38,879 nucleotides of DNA from an uncultured Cytophagaceae bacterium (GTDB lineage: Bacteria > Bacteroidota > Bacteroidia > Cytophagales > Spirosomataceae): the NCBI GenBank assembly GCA_903837305.1, contig CAILUB010000002.1, positions 1 through 38,879 of the forward strand, written 5' to 3'. Positions 26,679 to 36,528 of this stretch are shown here, piece by piece. Both the position numbers and the translations under genes were made by a program. Positions within the stretch are counted from its first letter, which is position 1. Each line of letters begins with the position of its first letter. The notes beneath the pieces are model-generated. The model did not search any database. It had not been told where the DNA came from and saw only the letters and a program-made list of their open reading frames with translations.

Positions 26679-27125
26679 CTATTTGACTAAAAAATTAATT
26701 ATGTTGTCTAAAGCCTTTGAGAAAAAAGCGTTTACGGGACTTTCAGACTTGCTAACTGTTCTATCTACAAACGGATTAGGCTTGTTGCCTGGGTGGTTTA
26801 CTCTCTTGGCGAAAACCATCTTTCCGCCTATTTTAAATGCCAACATCTTTTTAGTCTTTGGTACAATCACATGAGGTCTGCTTCCCTCATGTACCGGTAG
26901 GGCGTATTTAACAGCGGGGTAGATACTTACTGATATCGGTCTATACTCAAGGGTGATACTTCGTCTTAACTGGCCTGTCTTGACTGGTACTTCGCTTTTT
27001 TCTGTGGCTAAAATAAACTTGCCTGCGTCTTTGGTCGCTTTCTGCAATTCTTTATCTGTTATTTCTGGAGCTTTTTTGAAGGCTTCCCGTAATTCTTGTA
27101 AATTGTCAATTTTGATCTCATACAC
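26679..27125 (-). CDS. HK97 gp10-like neck/tail completion protein
   Basis: PVKTGQLRRSI, YALPVHEG, HPGNKPNPF. Confidence 0.85.
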   Translation of the reverse strand: MYEIKIDNLQELREAFKKAPEITDKELQKATKDAGKFILATEKSEVPVKTGQLRRSITLEYRPISVSIYPAVKYALPVHEGSRPHVIVPKTKKMLAFKIGGKMVFAKRVNHPGNKPNPFVDRTVSKSESPVNAFFSKALDNIINFLVK

Positions 27126-27129
27126 ATAT

Positions 27130-27432
27130 TTAACTGTTAGATTTTTCTAATATGGCCTCGATTCGCCTTGTGGCTCCAAAATCAAACTTCTGTATTCCTT
27201 TAACGATATAATCAGATCCGTCATAGGTGAGCTTATCGGTTACTTTGACATTGCTTCCATAATCGGTCACAAGTTTATGTTGTTGTGCTGGGTTACCTTC
27301 GCTTAAAAAGGCTTCCTCGGCTCCGATTGGTAAAATAAAGCCTGTAATTGTTCCGTTTAACGAATAGCTTTCTTTACTGCTTGCGCTAGCCAGGCGGTAA
27401 ACTGAAATTGTTTTGGTGAATATAAATCTCAT
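27130..27432 (-). CDS. Head closure protein
   Basis: 100 aa, beta-rich, DKLTYDGSDYIV; synteny. Confidence 0.7.
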   Translation of the reverse strand: MRFIFTKTISVYRLASASSKESYSLNGTITGFILPIGAEEAFLSEGNPAQQHKLVTDYGSNVKVTDKLTYDGSDYIVKGIQKFDFGATRRIEAILEKSNS

Positions 27433-27983
27433 ATTCTCTTTTTCTTATAAGGGGCTAATAAAAGCTCGATGTCCTGGGTTAAAAACTTGTCCCATTCTAC
27501 TCTTGCGTTTGATATTTCCTCGCTTGAATATCCGTCACTTCTTCGCTTGTTGTAAATTTTAGCAACCAGTTTCATGCAGGCTACCTTGATGGCGTTGGGG
27601 ATATCGGCTGTTTCATACCCTGCCGTATAAACGACATTAATATTTCTAATTCCTGAATACATAACATCAACGTAGATAATACCTGCCTCGTCATCCCTTT
27701 GATAATCGTCAATATCAAAATCTTTAAACAGTGGATCGCTGTTTGTTCCGCTTTTGTATTTCAACCAACGAAAAGAAATGACTGGATAATTGTTAAGAAA
27801 GATAGCGTCTTTGATATTGTCACCATCGAAATATTCGCTGATGTCCGTTTGTTTTTCAATGGCTCGGCCTAAATATTCCTTTACCCATTCGCTGATTGCG
27901 TTCAAATAGACAGTAATGGTTGTGTCATCTGTCGTTCCCGAAAGTCCTATGTGATTTTTAAATTCTGTTAAAGAGATTAACAT
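27429..27983 (-). CDS. Head-tail connector (gp6/gp15-like)
   Basis: LISLTEFKNHIG, YTAGY..IPNAIKVAC, LLAPYK. Confidence 0.85.
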   Translation of the reverse strand: MLISLTEFKNHIGLSGTTDDTTITVYLNAISEWVKEYLGRAIEKQTDISEYFDGDNIKDAIFLNNYPVISFRWLKYKSGTNSDPLFKDFDIDDYQRDDEAGIIYVDVMYSGIRNINVVYTAGYETADIPNAIKVACMKLVAKIYNKRRSDGYSSEEISNARVEWDKFLTQDIELLLAPYKKKRI

Positions 27984-28962
27984 ATTGGTCTTTTAAATTT
28001 TCCCAGCTCCACGCTTGGGCTATGTGATTACTTATTTTTGAATACTTCGTGATATCCTTTCCGGCTATTTCGTCAATCTTCTTGGCTATCTCTTTCGGGT
28101 CAATGTCTGCGATCTCGATTTCCCTATTAATCATCAATTTGTCTACTCGTAAGGGCTTAATCAACAATTCTTTGGGCAAAAACTGATTCTGCGGTGTTAA
28201 ATCGGTCATTATAATGGCCATTCCTCGGCTCATCGCTTCATTCAGCGGTAGGCTCTGCCCTGCGTACCTCCTTGGTAGTACCAACACATCAGCGTCCTCC
28301 CAAATTTCCCAATAATTCTCATAATCGCATACATCTACCCTTACATTCGCGTATCGATTCGATATCGATTCTATGGGAACCTGGCTTTTAATAACTATCT
28401 CAATATTGCTTTTAATATAGGGTATAGCCTTTAAAAATAGCTCTGTTCCGTTTCTGTCATAAGCTGCTTTCATGTTTCCTGCGATATGAATAAATTTATT
28501 TGCTTTCTTTCTTAGTTTAAAGGGCAGGACTTCTCTATTGATCGGAAAAGGGATAAACGCTTTTGGACCGGGGATCTCGTTATAGTGATATAAAATAGGA
28601 GATATGTAGAAATCCGGTCTATAATCCCTGAACCATTCGTAATTTACCCGTAAAATTGATTTAACGCCCACTCTACGCGCTATCTCAAAGGCTTTGGGGT
28701 AATATGGGGTTTCTATGGTGAAAAGAACGTCTATGCCTTCAAAAAAGGCTTCTAGCTGACTCTCTGTCGGTATTCCAGTGACTATTACGGGTTTGTTAAA
28801 TCTTTCAGGATAAATCTTATAAATCTCTCCAGGGTAAAGGCTTTCAAACTCAACTATCATTACTTTGGCTTCTGGAAAGTGTCTGCAAAACTCCCATGTC
28901 TCAACTCCTAAGCCTGTGTTGTCGGCTCTGCCGATGATTCCTAGTCTAATATCTCCTGGCAT
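27958..28962 (-). CDS. GT-B glycosyltransferase (GT4-like)
   Basis: ADVLVLPRRYAGQSLPLNEAMSRGMAIIMTD and WSWE; start re-called at MPGDIRLG. Confidence 0.85.
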   Translation of the reverse strand: MPGDIRLGIIGRADNTGLGVETWEFCRHFPEAKVMIVEFESLYPGEIYKIYPERFNKPVIVTGIPTESQLEAFFEGIDVLFTIETPYYPKAFEIARRVGVKSILRVNYEWFRDYRPDFYISPILYHYNEIPGPKAFIPFPINREVLPFKLRKKANKFIHIAGNMKAAYDRNGTELFLKAIPYIKSNIEIVIKSQVPIESISNRYANVRVDVCDYENYWEIWEDADVLVLPRRYAGQSLPLNEAMSRGMAIIMTDLTPQNQFLPKELLIKPLRVDKLMINREIEIADIDPKEIAKKIDEIAGKDITKYSKISNHIAQAWSWENLKDQYVNLFNRI

Positions 28963-29647
28963 AAATTTGGCCACCGCCATTATAACGACCAATCGTGTGG
29001 ATATTATGTGTTAAAGAAAGCTTGGCTATTAATAACCCAAAAGTTTTTGCGTCTGTGTCGTGAAATTCTGCGGTGATATAGGCTAATTTCTTCATGTTCT
29101 CTTGGCTAATAGTCTCAAAAATACCATATTCGGCCCATTCACAATCGATCTTGAGAACGGCAACTTCTTCCAGTGCGTTGAGAATATCGTTAATACTTAC
29201 CGCTTTAACCGTTTGTTTGGGACAGTTTGACTCACCAACATATTCAATGCGTTTACTGGCCGCCTGTGATTTATAAATTTCTATCGTTTCATTTTTAGAA
29301 GATACGGCAAATTGTCTTAACTCAATATTTTCGATTCCATTAGCTTTAATGTTCTTTTTAAATATTTCTCCGTTGTCGTCTTCCGGCTCGTAAGAGATCA
29401 CTTGTTTAGCTCCCAATAAGGAGGCATAAATTGAAAACATCCCGACGTTGGCTCCAATATCTAAGACTATACCGCCTTCAACGTCTTTGGCTTCCATTTG
29501 ATAAACGTTTTCTTCAAAAATTTCCCTAATTACAATACGATCTGTAATATTATCTTTAAGATCGCCCGGTGTTTCTCTTATAAAAAATTGCAATTTGCCA
29601 AATGGCTCTAACTCATATTCCTCTTTTGTTATTTTAGATTTTTCCAT
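28946..29647 (-). CDS. FkbM-family methyltransferase
   Basis: VLDIGANVGMFS, YEP, LKIDCEWAE, EFH. Confidence 0.9.
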   Translation of the reverse strand: MEKSKITKEEYELEPFGKLQFFIRETPGDLKDNITDRIVIREIFEENVYQMEAKDVEGGIVLDIGANVGMFSIYASLLGAKQVISYEPEDDNGEIFKKNIKANGIENIELRQFAVSSKNETIEIYKSQAASKRIEYVGESNCPKQTVKAVSINDILNALEEVAVLKIDCEWAEYGIFETISQENMKKLAYITAEFHDTDAKTFGLLIAKLSLTHNIHTIGRYNGGGQIYARRY

Positions 29648-30629
29648 CTTTTTTAAGTTTATTTATTATCATTTCTACCCTGTTAATATAGGTGTGATTT
29701 TCCTTTACGTGTTCCATTGCTTCCAGCCTTATTTTGCCCCTTTCCTCGTCTGATTTTACGTAATATTCGATAATATCTTTTAAACTCTCAAAGTCACCAT
29801 GATAGTAGGGGATAAGGTGTTTATAGTATTCAAACTGTTCTTCAAGTCCTGGCACTCTCGGATGTATTAGGAATCCTCCGCGCCCTAGTGTTTCCGGTAT
29901 TCTATCGCTCCAATAATTCGGGCTAAATGTGCTGTCTCCCACAATTACTTTGGCGCTGTTGTAAAGTCTGTTTAATTCATCACCTCGTATGGCATGGCCT
30001 CCGTCAGGGTAAAGTCTGAACCTTGTCCCGTAAGTCTGTTTGAGCCAATTTATTAGGCGTGGTCTGTATGGCCATTCGCCGTGATAGCGGTAAGAGCCAA
30101 CAAATATAACATCATGCTCAAATCTCTTTTCTTTTTCTCCTAAATAGCAACTGGTATGCAATACCGCCGGGGGAAAGAAAAAATGATTAACTCCCATTGC
30201 CTTAAATTCGTCTTGATGGCCTCCGTCTGCTGAAAACACATAATCACTTAGAAAGAACGGGTCATTTCTCAGGTCATCGCCTCGGTCTAATCCTATGTAA
30301 AGATCAAGATGAACAGATACGATAGGCACTTTCTTAGCGGCTAATACTTTCTTCCATTGCTTGCCAACTTCGCACCAGGTACGGGTATAAAGGATAAAAT
30401 CATAACTCGTTTGAGCTGATATGATCCAATTCACCATTTCATCGGTCAACTGATTCTCTTGGACTGGTGTAACTTCCCAGCCGATAGCTTCAAAAGATTT
30501 CTTAATATCGTTTTCTGTGCTGAAAGGTGCGGCGAAATTTCCGACATAGATTATTCTATTCCGTGGGCTTTCTTTTTGTGGGCTTTTAGGCCGTGTTCTT
30601 GTTTGTACTCGTTTCCGCATATTGGGCAA
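29634..30629 (-). CDS. Glycosyltransferase (CgeB / Glyco_trans_1_2-like); start uncertain
   Basis: DVIFVGS, LYNSAK, YWSDRIPETLGRGGFLI, HTYINR. Confidence 0.85.
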   Translation of the reverse strand: MPNMRKRVQTRTRPKSPQKESPRNRIIYVGNFAAPFSTENDIKKSFEAIGWEVTPVQENQLTDEMVNWIISAQTSYDFILYTRTWCEVGKQWKKVLAAKKVPIVSVHLDLYIGLDRGDDLRNDPFFLSDYVFSADGGHQDEFKAMGVNHFFFPPAVLHTSCYLGEKEKRFEHDVIFVGSYRYHGEWPYRPRLINWLKQTYGTRFRLYPDGGHAIRGDELNRLYNSAKVIVGDSTFSPNYWSDRIPETLGRGGFLIHPRVPGLEEQFEYYKHLIPYYHGDFESLKDIIEYYVKSDEERGKIRLEAMEHVKENHTYINRVEMIINKLKKDGKI

Positions 30630-30820
30630 ATAAATTTATCTTGTGGCATTGGTGGCAATTTAGAATCAGGCATGGCGTTGGTTACGTTGCAATCACCGTC
30701 TATAATAACAATCATCTTTTTCTTTAATAACCCTTCCACTTCTTCTCTTTCTATCTGCGTAATATCCCCGGTAACATACGAGCCATTGCCTTTAATGAAC
30801 TGAACAATAACTTTTTCCAT
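30551..30820 (-). CDS. Post-capsid small protein with C-terminal C2H2 zinc finger
   Basis: Start re-called at MEKVIVQF; FICPICGNEYKQEHGLKAHKKKAH. Confidence 0.75.
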   Translation of the reverse strand: MEKVIVQFIKGNGSYVTGDITQIEREEVEGLLKKKMIVIIDGDCNVTNAMPDSKLPPMPQDKFICPICGNEYKQEHGLKAHKKKAHGIE

Positions 30821-30869
30821 AATATTTTGCTTATTCTTGCCTCCCAAAAAGAGAGGCAAAGAAAACAAA

Positions 30870-31922
30870 CTATTTAACTGCTTGTAATTGGAATGCTGCT
30901 TCCGGTAAGGTGTAAACACCGTCAATAGCTTCAGCAACAACCAATTCAATTTGGAGCTTGCTGATAATCTTATCAGTGTCCATGAACATATTGTCACCGT
31001 CTTTGATCCAGTAATAGAAAGGATCAAGGAACCACAATTCTGTTTCGTTGGCTGATGTGCCAAGATTGGCTGGAATGTCTTCACATTCAATAACCGGTCT
31101 ACCAAATATAGTTGATGTGTTGACATCAAAGATAGGCTGTTTGACCTCATCTTTGATTTTGCGCAAGGCTTTCATGCCCATAGCAGAAGTCATCCAAATG
31201 GCATTGCTTCTGTATTGTTCTTTTAAGCCATAGAAAACGTCAACTATATCATCATAGGCCAAATTAGCGCCGTCCTGGGCGTCTACGTTGTGGCCGGTCA
31301 TACCTCTAAAGCCTGTTGGCTGTGAGGAACCTGAACCTACGACAAATGCTGATTCTTCTTGTCTGACAATAGCGCGTGAGCACAAATTTGAAATGTACTG
31401 CACGATATTGAAAGCGGAAGTATTTAACATTTGGCGAGGCATTAAGACTCTGGCAGCCAAGTAGTAGTCAGACAAATCTTGTTTCTGAATGGTTGGGTTT
31501 GATTCGGTTATTTCTGTGTTTTCACCTACCCAATAAGCGGTAACGCCAGTACCCTCTTTAGGCAACTGGAAAGGACCAGCTAAATTGAAAGAGAAAGCAA
31601 CTTTACGCATTTTAGCGATCTTGTCTTTCTTTTCCATTATCTCGTTGGCCAATTCGGTTGGGATGGTATATCCGAAAGAACCTGTAGCACTGGTAACAGC
31701 CTTTTCCTCTACTTTGCCATTGACTAAATCTTTGACAAATTGGGCGGCTTTTTCTATTTTTGTTTCTTTGGTGTCTTCGGTCTTGGCTTCCGGTAAGGTA
31801 GCTTTTAACTCGTTGACGATTTCGGTTTTTAATTCAGGTAAAACTGATTTTACACTGTCGGAGAGCAAACCTTTAAGCTCTTCCATAGAGATCTCTTTGA
31901 TCTCTTGTTTCTTTTCGTCCAT
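30870..31922 (-). CDS. Major capsid protein, HK97 fold
   Basis: GYTIPTELANEI, AYWVGE, GSGSSQPTG, YRSNAIW, TIFGRPV. Confidence 0.95.
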   Translation of the reverse strand: MDEKKQEIKEISMEELKGLLSDSVKSVLPELKTEIVNELKATLPEAKTEDTKETKIEKAAQFVKDLVNGKVEEKAVTSATGSFGYTIPTELANEIMEKKDKIAKMRKVAFSFNLAGPFQLPKEGTGVTAYWVGENTEITESNPTIQKQDLSDYYLAARVLMPRQMLNTSAFNIVQYISNLCSRAIVRQEESAFVVGSGSSQPTGFRGMTGHNVDAQDGANLAYDDIVDVFYGLKEQYRSNAIWMTSAMGMKALRKIKDEVKQPIFDVNTSTIFGRPVIECEDIPANLGTSANETELWFLDPFYYWIKDGDNMFMDTDKIISKLQIELVVAEAIDGVYTLPEAAFQLQAVK

Positions 31923-31932
31923 ATTTTATAAT

Positions 31933-32700
31933 TTATTTTGTTATGCGAAGCAGAAATTCTGCTCCTTTGTCGATAATCTTTGCAGCTTGCCTTATGCGGA
32001 TGATTTTCTTTACATCCGTCATAGCTTCGACCTTTGCCCCCTTTTTATCGAGGGACTTGATATATTTTGAATATCGATAATGTATTGGAAATTCCTTGAC
32101 TGTCTTGTCTGCGTAATAAACTTTTAATATCTTTTTCTTGCTATCAATTTTTTGAAAGATTATTTTGCTTGGTGCTTCTTTCTTATCCCCCTTAACTGCT
32201 ATTAATTCAGTTTCCGGATTCATACCGGCTAATACCGGGCTCCACTCGTAAAGCTTGATCTTCTTAATTACTCTGATTTCTTCTTCGCCTTCCATTTCCC
32301 AAGAATACTCTTGAATTCCGAAACCTATTGAAAATTCGTCCATAATGCCGAATTTAATATCGCTGAATGCTTCCTTTCCTCTCTGCGTTTCCATATTAAA
32401 TTGGCCTTTAACGTATAAACCTTTTTCATCTTCCCTGGCTTCTAACGTCTTGGCGATAGGCTGGTCCCAATTGTGTGACCAAACGCCTTTAGGCAGTTTC
32501 TTTTTTAAACTGTCTGCAAATGCTCCCGGCAGGATCTTGTCACCGCCCAGGTCAACATTGTTGAATATAGAAACGTAAGCCTCAATGATACCTTTCTCTG
32601 CATCAACCTTAAATTCCGAAATAGGAACGATTTTATAAATCTTTTCATCTTCGGATTTCTGGCTTAATTTCTTTTTTATTTCCTTAATTGTTTTAGACAT
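31933..32700 (-). CDS. HK97-family prohead protease
   Basis: YVSIFNNVDLGGDKILPGAF, WSHNW, FSIGF, LYEWSPV. Confidence 0.95.
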   Translation of the reverse strand: MSKTIKEIKKKLSQKSEDEKIYKIVPISEFKVDAEKGIIEAYVSIFNNVDLGGDKILPGAFADSLKKKLPKGVWSHNWDQPIAKTLEAREDEKGLYVKGQFNMETQRGKEAFSDIKFGIMDEFSIGFGIQEYSWEMEGEEEIRVIKKIKLYEWSPVLAGMNPETELIAVKGDKKEAPSKIIFQKIDSKKKILKVYYADKTVKEFPIHYRYSKYIKSLDKKGAKVEAMTDVKKIIRIRQAAKIIDKGAEFLLRITK

Positions 32701-32723
32701 ATTGTTGAATGAGAATTAAATAT

Positions 32724-34778
32724 TTAAAGGGGTGTATAGTCGCATTTACAGTTAGGATGAACGGGTATTTGTCCCTCGATGCTCTTGACGTTCCATTTAT
32801 CGCTTGATTTAACAACGCACTCCTCGCAAGCGCCAGGGCTCAATAACCATTTAACGTCTTCAAATCCGTAATATTCATACATCTTGCGGTGTGCTTCGGT
32901 TACGCCTCTGGCTGTTTCGGTTCGGGCGATCATCTCGGCTCTGTAGCCTTTAGCGGAGGTAAAGACTTCTTCAACTCTTGCCTTTAATTCCCCTAAACTC
33001 TCGCCGTTCGCAATCCCAGCTTTAAGGGCTTTCTCAAAGGCTTCTATTGTAGTGCTATTTATACTCTCGCCTGTTTTGGCGGCTACATCAGCTAACCAAG
33101 CTTTTATAAAGTCCATATCGATAATGGATGGCTCGCCTATCAACTCAGACGCTTGTTTTGTACCTTGCATGACTGTTTGATATAGCAATGGATTTATAAT
33201 ATCGATTGTTGCTTTTAATTCATTATGGGCGTTTATTCCATAATCAGCAGCCAAATCCTTTTTACCTTCCTCCAAGGCGGTCAAAAATCTCTGTTCCTGC
33301 TTCTCAAAGAAGTCTGTAAAGGTTTTTTGCCATAATCCCTCTAATCCTGCTTCTTCGTTCATTCTTGACTTATAGAAAGCATCGATCTGATCATCTGATA
33401 ATCCTTTCTTTTCTGGAACTATCTTAAAAACTATCTTTTTCTTTTCAATAAAGGCGTCAAAAGATTTATCTACAGCCTTTTGACCGATATTTTTCAATCT
33501 TACATTCCTGTTCATGATTCTTTTTTTGATATATTTTTGGGTCTTTAAATCAACGTCCAAAACATCTTTAGCTTGAAGCTCAATGGCTGATTTCTTTGGG
33601 GCTGGGGGATTATTGCCTATCAATGGCATATTTGACATACCCATATAGATTTGATCACCACCATTTACCGGTTCCAAGCCTTCTTCGGCGCGGATTTCGT
33701 TTGTAGTCTTCCATTTGTTCCAAGACGCTGTTTTTCTGTTGGTTTCAGCTTCTTCATCTTTTTGTGCCAAAGGTTCATACCACAACCATAGGTCATCACC
33801 GTATCTTGGGACCAAGAATTCATTTAACTGCTCAAAATATTTGGTAGCCAAAGGCTCCAATGTCCATTTGGCAAAGATATATTCTGATGTGCTAGCCGAT
33901 GCCCTGGTAGCGTCGTTATAGCCAAGCATAGTCTTTGGTACGCCGAATATACCGGCTATTTCATCCCTGTTTAGTTCTCTGGCCATTATAAATTCAAGGT
34001 CTTTAGGTGGTATCATGGCAGGAGTAAACTTCAAACCGCCCTCTAAAAGCATTACTTCATAGGCGTTTGCGTACCCCTGATACTTGTCTTTCATTTCCTT
34101 TTTAAGTCTTTTATAATCTCTATCAGTCAATGTTTTTTCACTCTCCATAAAGCCCGATGGCCTGGCTCCATTCTCAAGCAGTTTAGTATTGTGCTGTCCA
34201 ATATAATCGTTATGCTTGGCCGGTGTTCTGGCTGCTTCAACAACTCCCAAGCCTTTATCTGGATTGCTAGGATTATAATTCTTAAGGAAAATAACCTCGT
34301 CCTTGTCATAGGCATGAGTAGTCTGGCCGATCCTGTATTCATATCCGATCACGTTATTTTGTTTGTCTTTCTTAACGGTCAAATATTCAGGTCTTAATAC
34401 AAAAAGATTATTCGGCTGTCTGCCTCCCTTGCCTCCATCAAGCAACCAGGGCGAAGCGCCGAAAAGATCCAAGTAAGTTATGGATAATTTTATAAAATCA
34501 AATTTGGTTGTGTTCGGATTGAATTTGTAAAGCAGGTCCAATAATTCATGTTCCAATATTTCTTCTACTTCACCGTTCTTTTTGAGCTTGTAAAGCTTAA
34601 AGTCTATGGCTCCCAATGCGTTAGAACGTAAGTCGATACAGCGATAGACCCAGCCGGTATAAAAATCAAGCGCGTCATTCTTGGTAATAATCGATTGTCC
34701 GTATCCGTTGTTAATAAACAGCGAAAGAGGGGGAATGTTCCCCTTAAAGATATTTTTAAATTTTGAATATATACTCAT
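32724..34778 (-). CDS. HK97 portal protein fused to a Mu gpF/SPP1 gp7-like domain
   Basis: Portal motifs NGARPSG, IAGIFGVP, TTNEIRAEEGLEPVNGGD; C-terminal RAEMIARTE..HPNCKC. Confidence 0.9.
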   Translation of the reverse strand: MSIYSKFKNIFKGNIPPLSLFINNGYGQSIITKNDALDFYTGWVYRCIDLRSNALGAIDFKLYKLKKNGEVEEILEHELLDLLYKFNPNTTKFDFIKLSITYLDLFGASPWLLDGGKGGRQPNNLFVLRPEYLTVKKDKQNNVIGYEYRIGQTTHAYDKDEVIFLKNYNPSNPDKGLGVVEAARTPAKHNDYIGQHNTKLLENGARPSGFMESEKTLTDRDYKRLKKEMKDKYQGYANAYEVMLLEGGLKFTPAMIPPKDLEFIMARELNRDEIAGIFGVPKTMLGYNDATRASASTSEYIFAKWTLEPLATKYFEQLNEFLVPRYGDDLWLWYEPLAQKDEEAETNRKTASWNKWKTTNEIRAEEGLEPVNGGDQIYMGMSNMPLIGNNPPAPKKSAIELQAKDVLDVDLKTQKYIKKRIMNRNVRLKNIGQKAVDKSFDAFIEKKKIVFKIVPEKKGLSDDQIDAFYKSRMNEEAGLEGLWQKTFTDFFEKQEQRFLTALEEGKKDLAADYGINAHNELKATIDIINPLLYQTVMQGTKQASELIGEPSIIDMDFIKAWLADVAAKTGESINSTTIEAFEKALKAGIANGESLGELKARVEEVFTSAKGYRAEMIARTETARGVTEAHRKMYEYYGFEDVKWLLSPGACEECVVKSSDKWNVKSIEGQIPVHPNCKCDYTPL

Positions 34779-36169
34779 AAACTTCTAATTGATGGCTTAT
34801 CGTATGTTTTAGCGTAGAATGTTAATGTTAAGGCGTCCCAGTTATCAGGGCTCTCTATGCCCCTGGCTCTCATCTCGTCCTTGCTTTCCATTTGGATCTT
34901 GCCGTCGCCTTTTCTTGACAGTTTCCATTTAATCTCTTTGGCTTCTTCAAAGTCTTCTCCATAAACTCTGCCTTCTTCGTACTTGATCCAGTCGTGGCAA
35001 GCAAAATTAGCTTCTGCTTTGGCGTTTACGAATCTTTCTTTGTCCTCTGGGCTTCCTGCTTCCTGGCAGGCATTGACGTAATATCCTTGCTCGGCTAAGG
35101 CGTCCGTTACTCCTCCGCCCATTCCGGTATCATCAAGAAATACATCGTCCCAGTCTATTTTTAAATCCTTAACGCACCTTATAGTCTCGGCTGCTACAAC
35201 CATAAGATCTTTGCATTTGAATTTCTTAAAAATGTAGGCTCCTTTCTCTGTTCTGATCACCATTGATGTCCAGTTACCGCCTCTGGCAATATCGACGCCC
35301 AATTTTTTCAGCTTTTTAATGACTGGCTTTTCGGTGGTGAACATCGCCGCGTATTCTTCTGTCTTGAATAAGCGGTAATATCCGTTGCGATCCATTTCAT
35401 CTTCATCAGGGAATTCGCACCGGTAAAGAATACTGGCTAAAGGTTTTTTAAGTGCTTTGTTTAAAAAAGGTTCATTGTATCTGCCTTCTTTCAAGGCTTG
35501 GAAACAGTCTATATAAATTCTGTAATAATCGTTGTCGTACCAGCTTAGTTTGAAATGGTTGTTATAAAACGGATTGCCGATCTTGATATAGCAGGTATTC
35601 TCACCTTTACCGGCAAGCATCCTGTAAATGGTGGCTTCGTGTTCATCCGGTATCAGTCCACTTTCATCTTGAATTACCTTTCGTCCGCCCTCTCCCATGA
35701 CAGCCTCAACGCCCTTGCTTGAGTTTCCGGCTTCTACGGAAAATGCCGCTATGCCCCCTCCATTTCTCAATACGATCCTTTCCTTGCTTTCCTCTTGTTT
35801 GAGGCGATCCAGTTTTGTATTCTTTTCAAGCTGTAAATAAAAAAGAACGTTGTCAGATAAATGCTCGATGAAATAGCGCATTATCTTTTTAGCCTGTTCT
35901 TTCTTCGGGGCTACAACTGGCAGAAGTTCCGCTTTAATGCAGGTGCAAACGATACATCCTAAAGCGATAAAAAGAGATTTGCCGTATTGGGTGGTTGTTA
36001 CTATCTCAATGTGCTTGGCTGGCTCAAATACTATTGCATGAAAGATTGCTAACTGGCCTTCGGTTACTGCAAGATTTCCCGGCTTCCCCTCTATGGTAAA
36101 AAGACTAAGAAGGTAAAGGCATACCCTCTTCTGATCCTCTGGTATTATTGGAAGTTCCGGTTTTAACAT
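34775..36169 (-). CDS. terL: Terminase large subunit
   Basis: TTQYGKS, VIQDES, IGNP, LGVDIARGG, LDDTGMGGGV, SPDNWDAL. Confidence 0.92.
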   Translation of the reverse strand: MLKPELPIIPEDQKRVCLYLLSLFTIEGKPGNLAVTEGQLAIFHAIVFEPAKHIEIVTTTQYGKSLFIALGCIVCTCIKAELLPVVAPKKEQAKKIMRYFIEHLSDNVLFYLQLEKNTKLDRLKQEESKERIVLRNGGGIAAFSVEAGNSSKGVEAVMGEGGRKVIQDESGLIPDEHEATIYRMLAGKGENTCYIKIGNPFYNNHFKLSWYDNDYYRIYIDCFQALKEGRYNEPFLNKALKKPLASILYRCEFPDEDEMDRNGYYRLFKTEEYAAMFTTEKPVIKKLKKLGVDIARGGNWTSMVIRTEKGAYIFKKFKCKDLMVVAAETIRCVKDLKIDWDDVFLDDTGMGGGVTDALAEQGYYVNACQEAGSPEDKERFVNAKAEANFACHDWIKYEEGRVYGEDFEEAKEIKWKLSRKGDGKIQMESKDEMRARGIESPDNWDALTLTFYAKTYDKPSIRSL

Positions 36170-36527
36170 ATTCGATTAAATCTTTAACGCCCTGTCTCAC
36201 TTCGTCCATTTCCCTTGTGGCAGTATTTTCTATCTCATGTTTAGGCGTGAATTCGTCTTTTTTCTTTCTCTCTAAATACCAGGTAGCAATGTTTGGATTT
36301 TTCAAATTATCTATAATTGTTTGCCTGGCCTGTAATACAGGCGTTTCTTTTAAAGCCTCTTTTCGCTCAACAAATTCGGGATGTCTATTTTGATAATCAT
36401 AAAGCGTTTGATGACTAATATTAGCCATTAAGCAAGCTTCTTTATCGCTGCAACCCATTGCAAAAGCTTCTTCAAGTTTCTTTAGTGTCAATCCTTGTAT
36501 TTTTTCTGGTCTACCTACTTTTGCCAT
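36105..36527 (-). CDS. terS: Terminase small subunit
   Basis: MAKVGRP, HTH, WYLERKKKDEF; upstream of terL. Confidence 0.8.
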   Translation of the reverse strand: MAKVGRPEKIQGLTLKKLEEAFAMGCSDKEACLMANISHQTLYDYQNRHPEFVERKEALKETPVLQARQTIIDNLKNPNIATWYLERKKKDEFTPKHEIENTATREMDEVRQGVKDLIEYVKTGTSNNTRGSEEGMPLPS

Positions 36528-36528
36528 A

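Noticed and set aside
30821-31150. N-terminal extension of ORF 30551-31150
   Set aside because: It overlaps the capsid gene in another frame; the real start is probably 30820.
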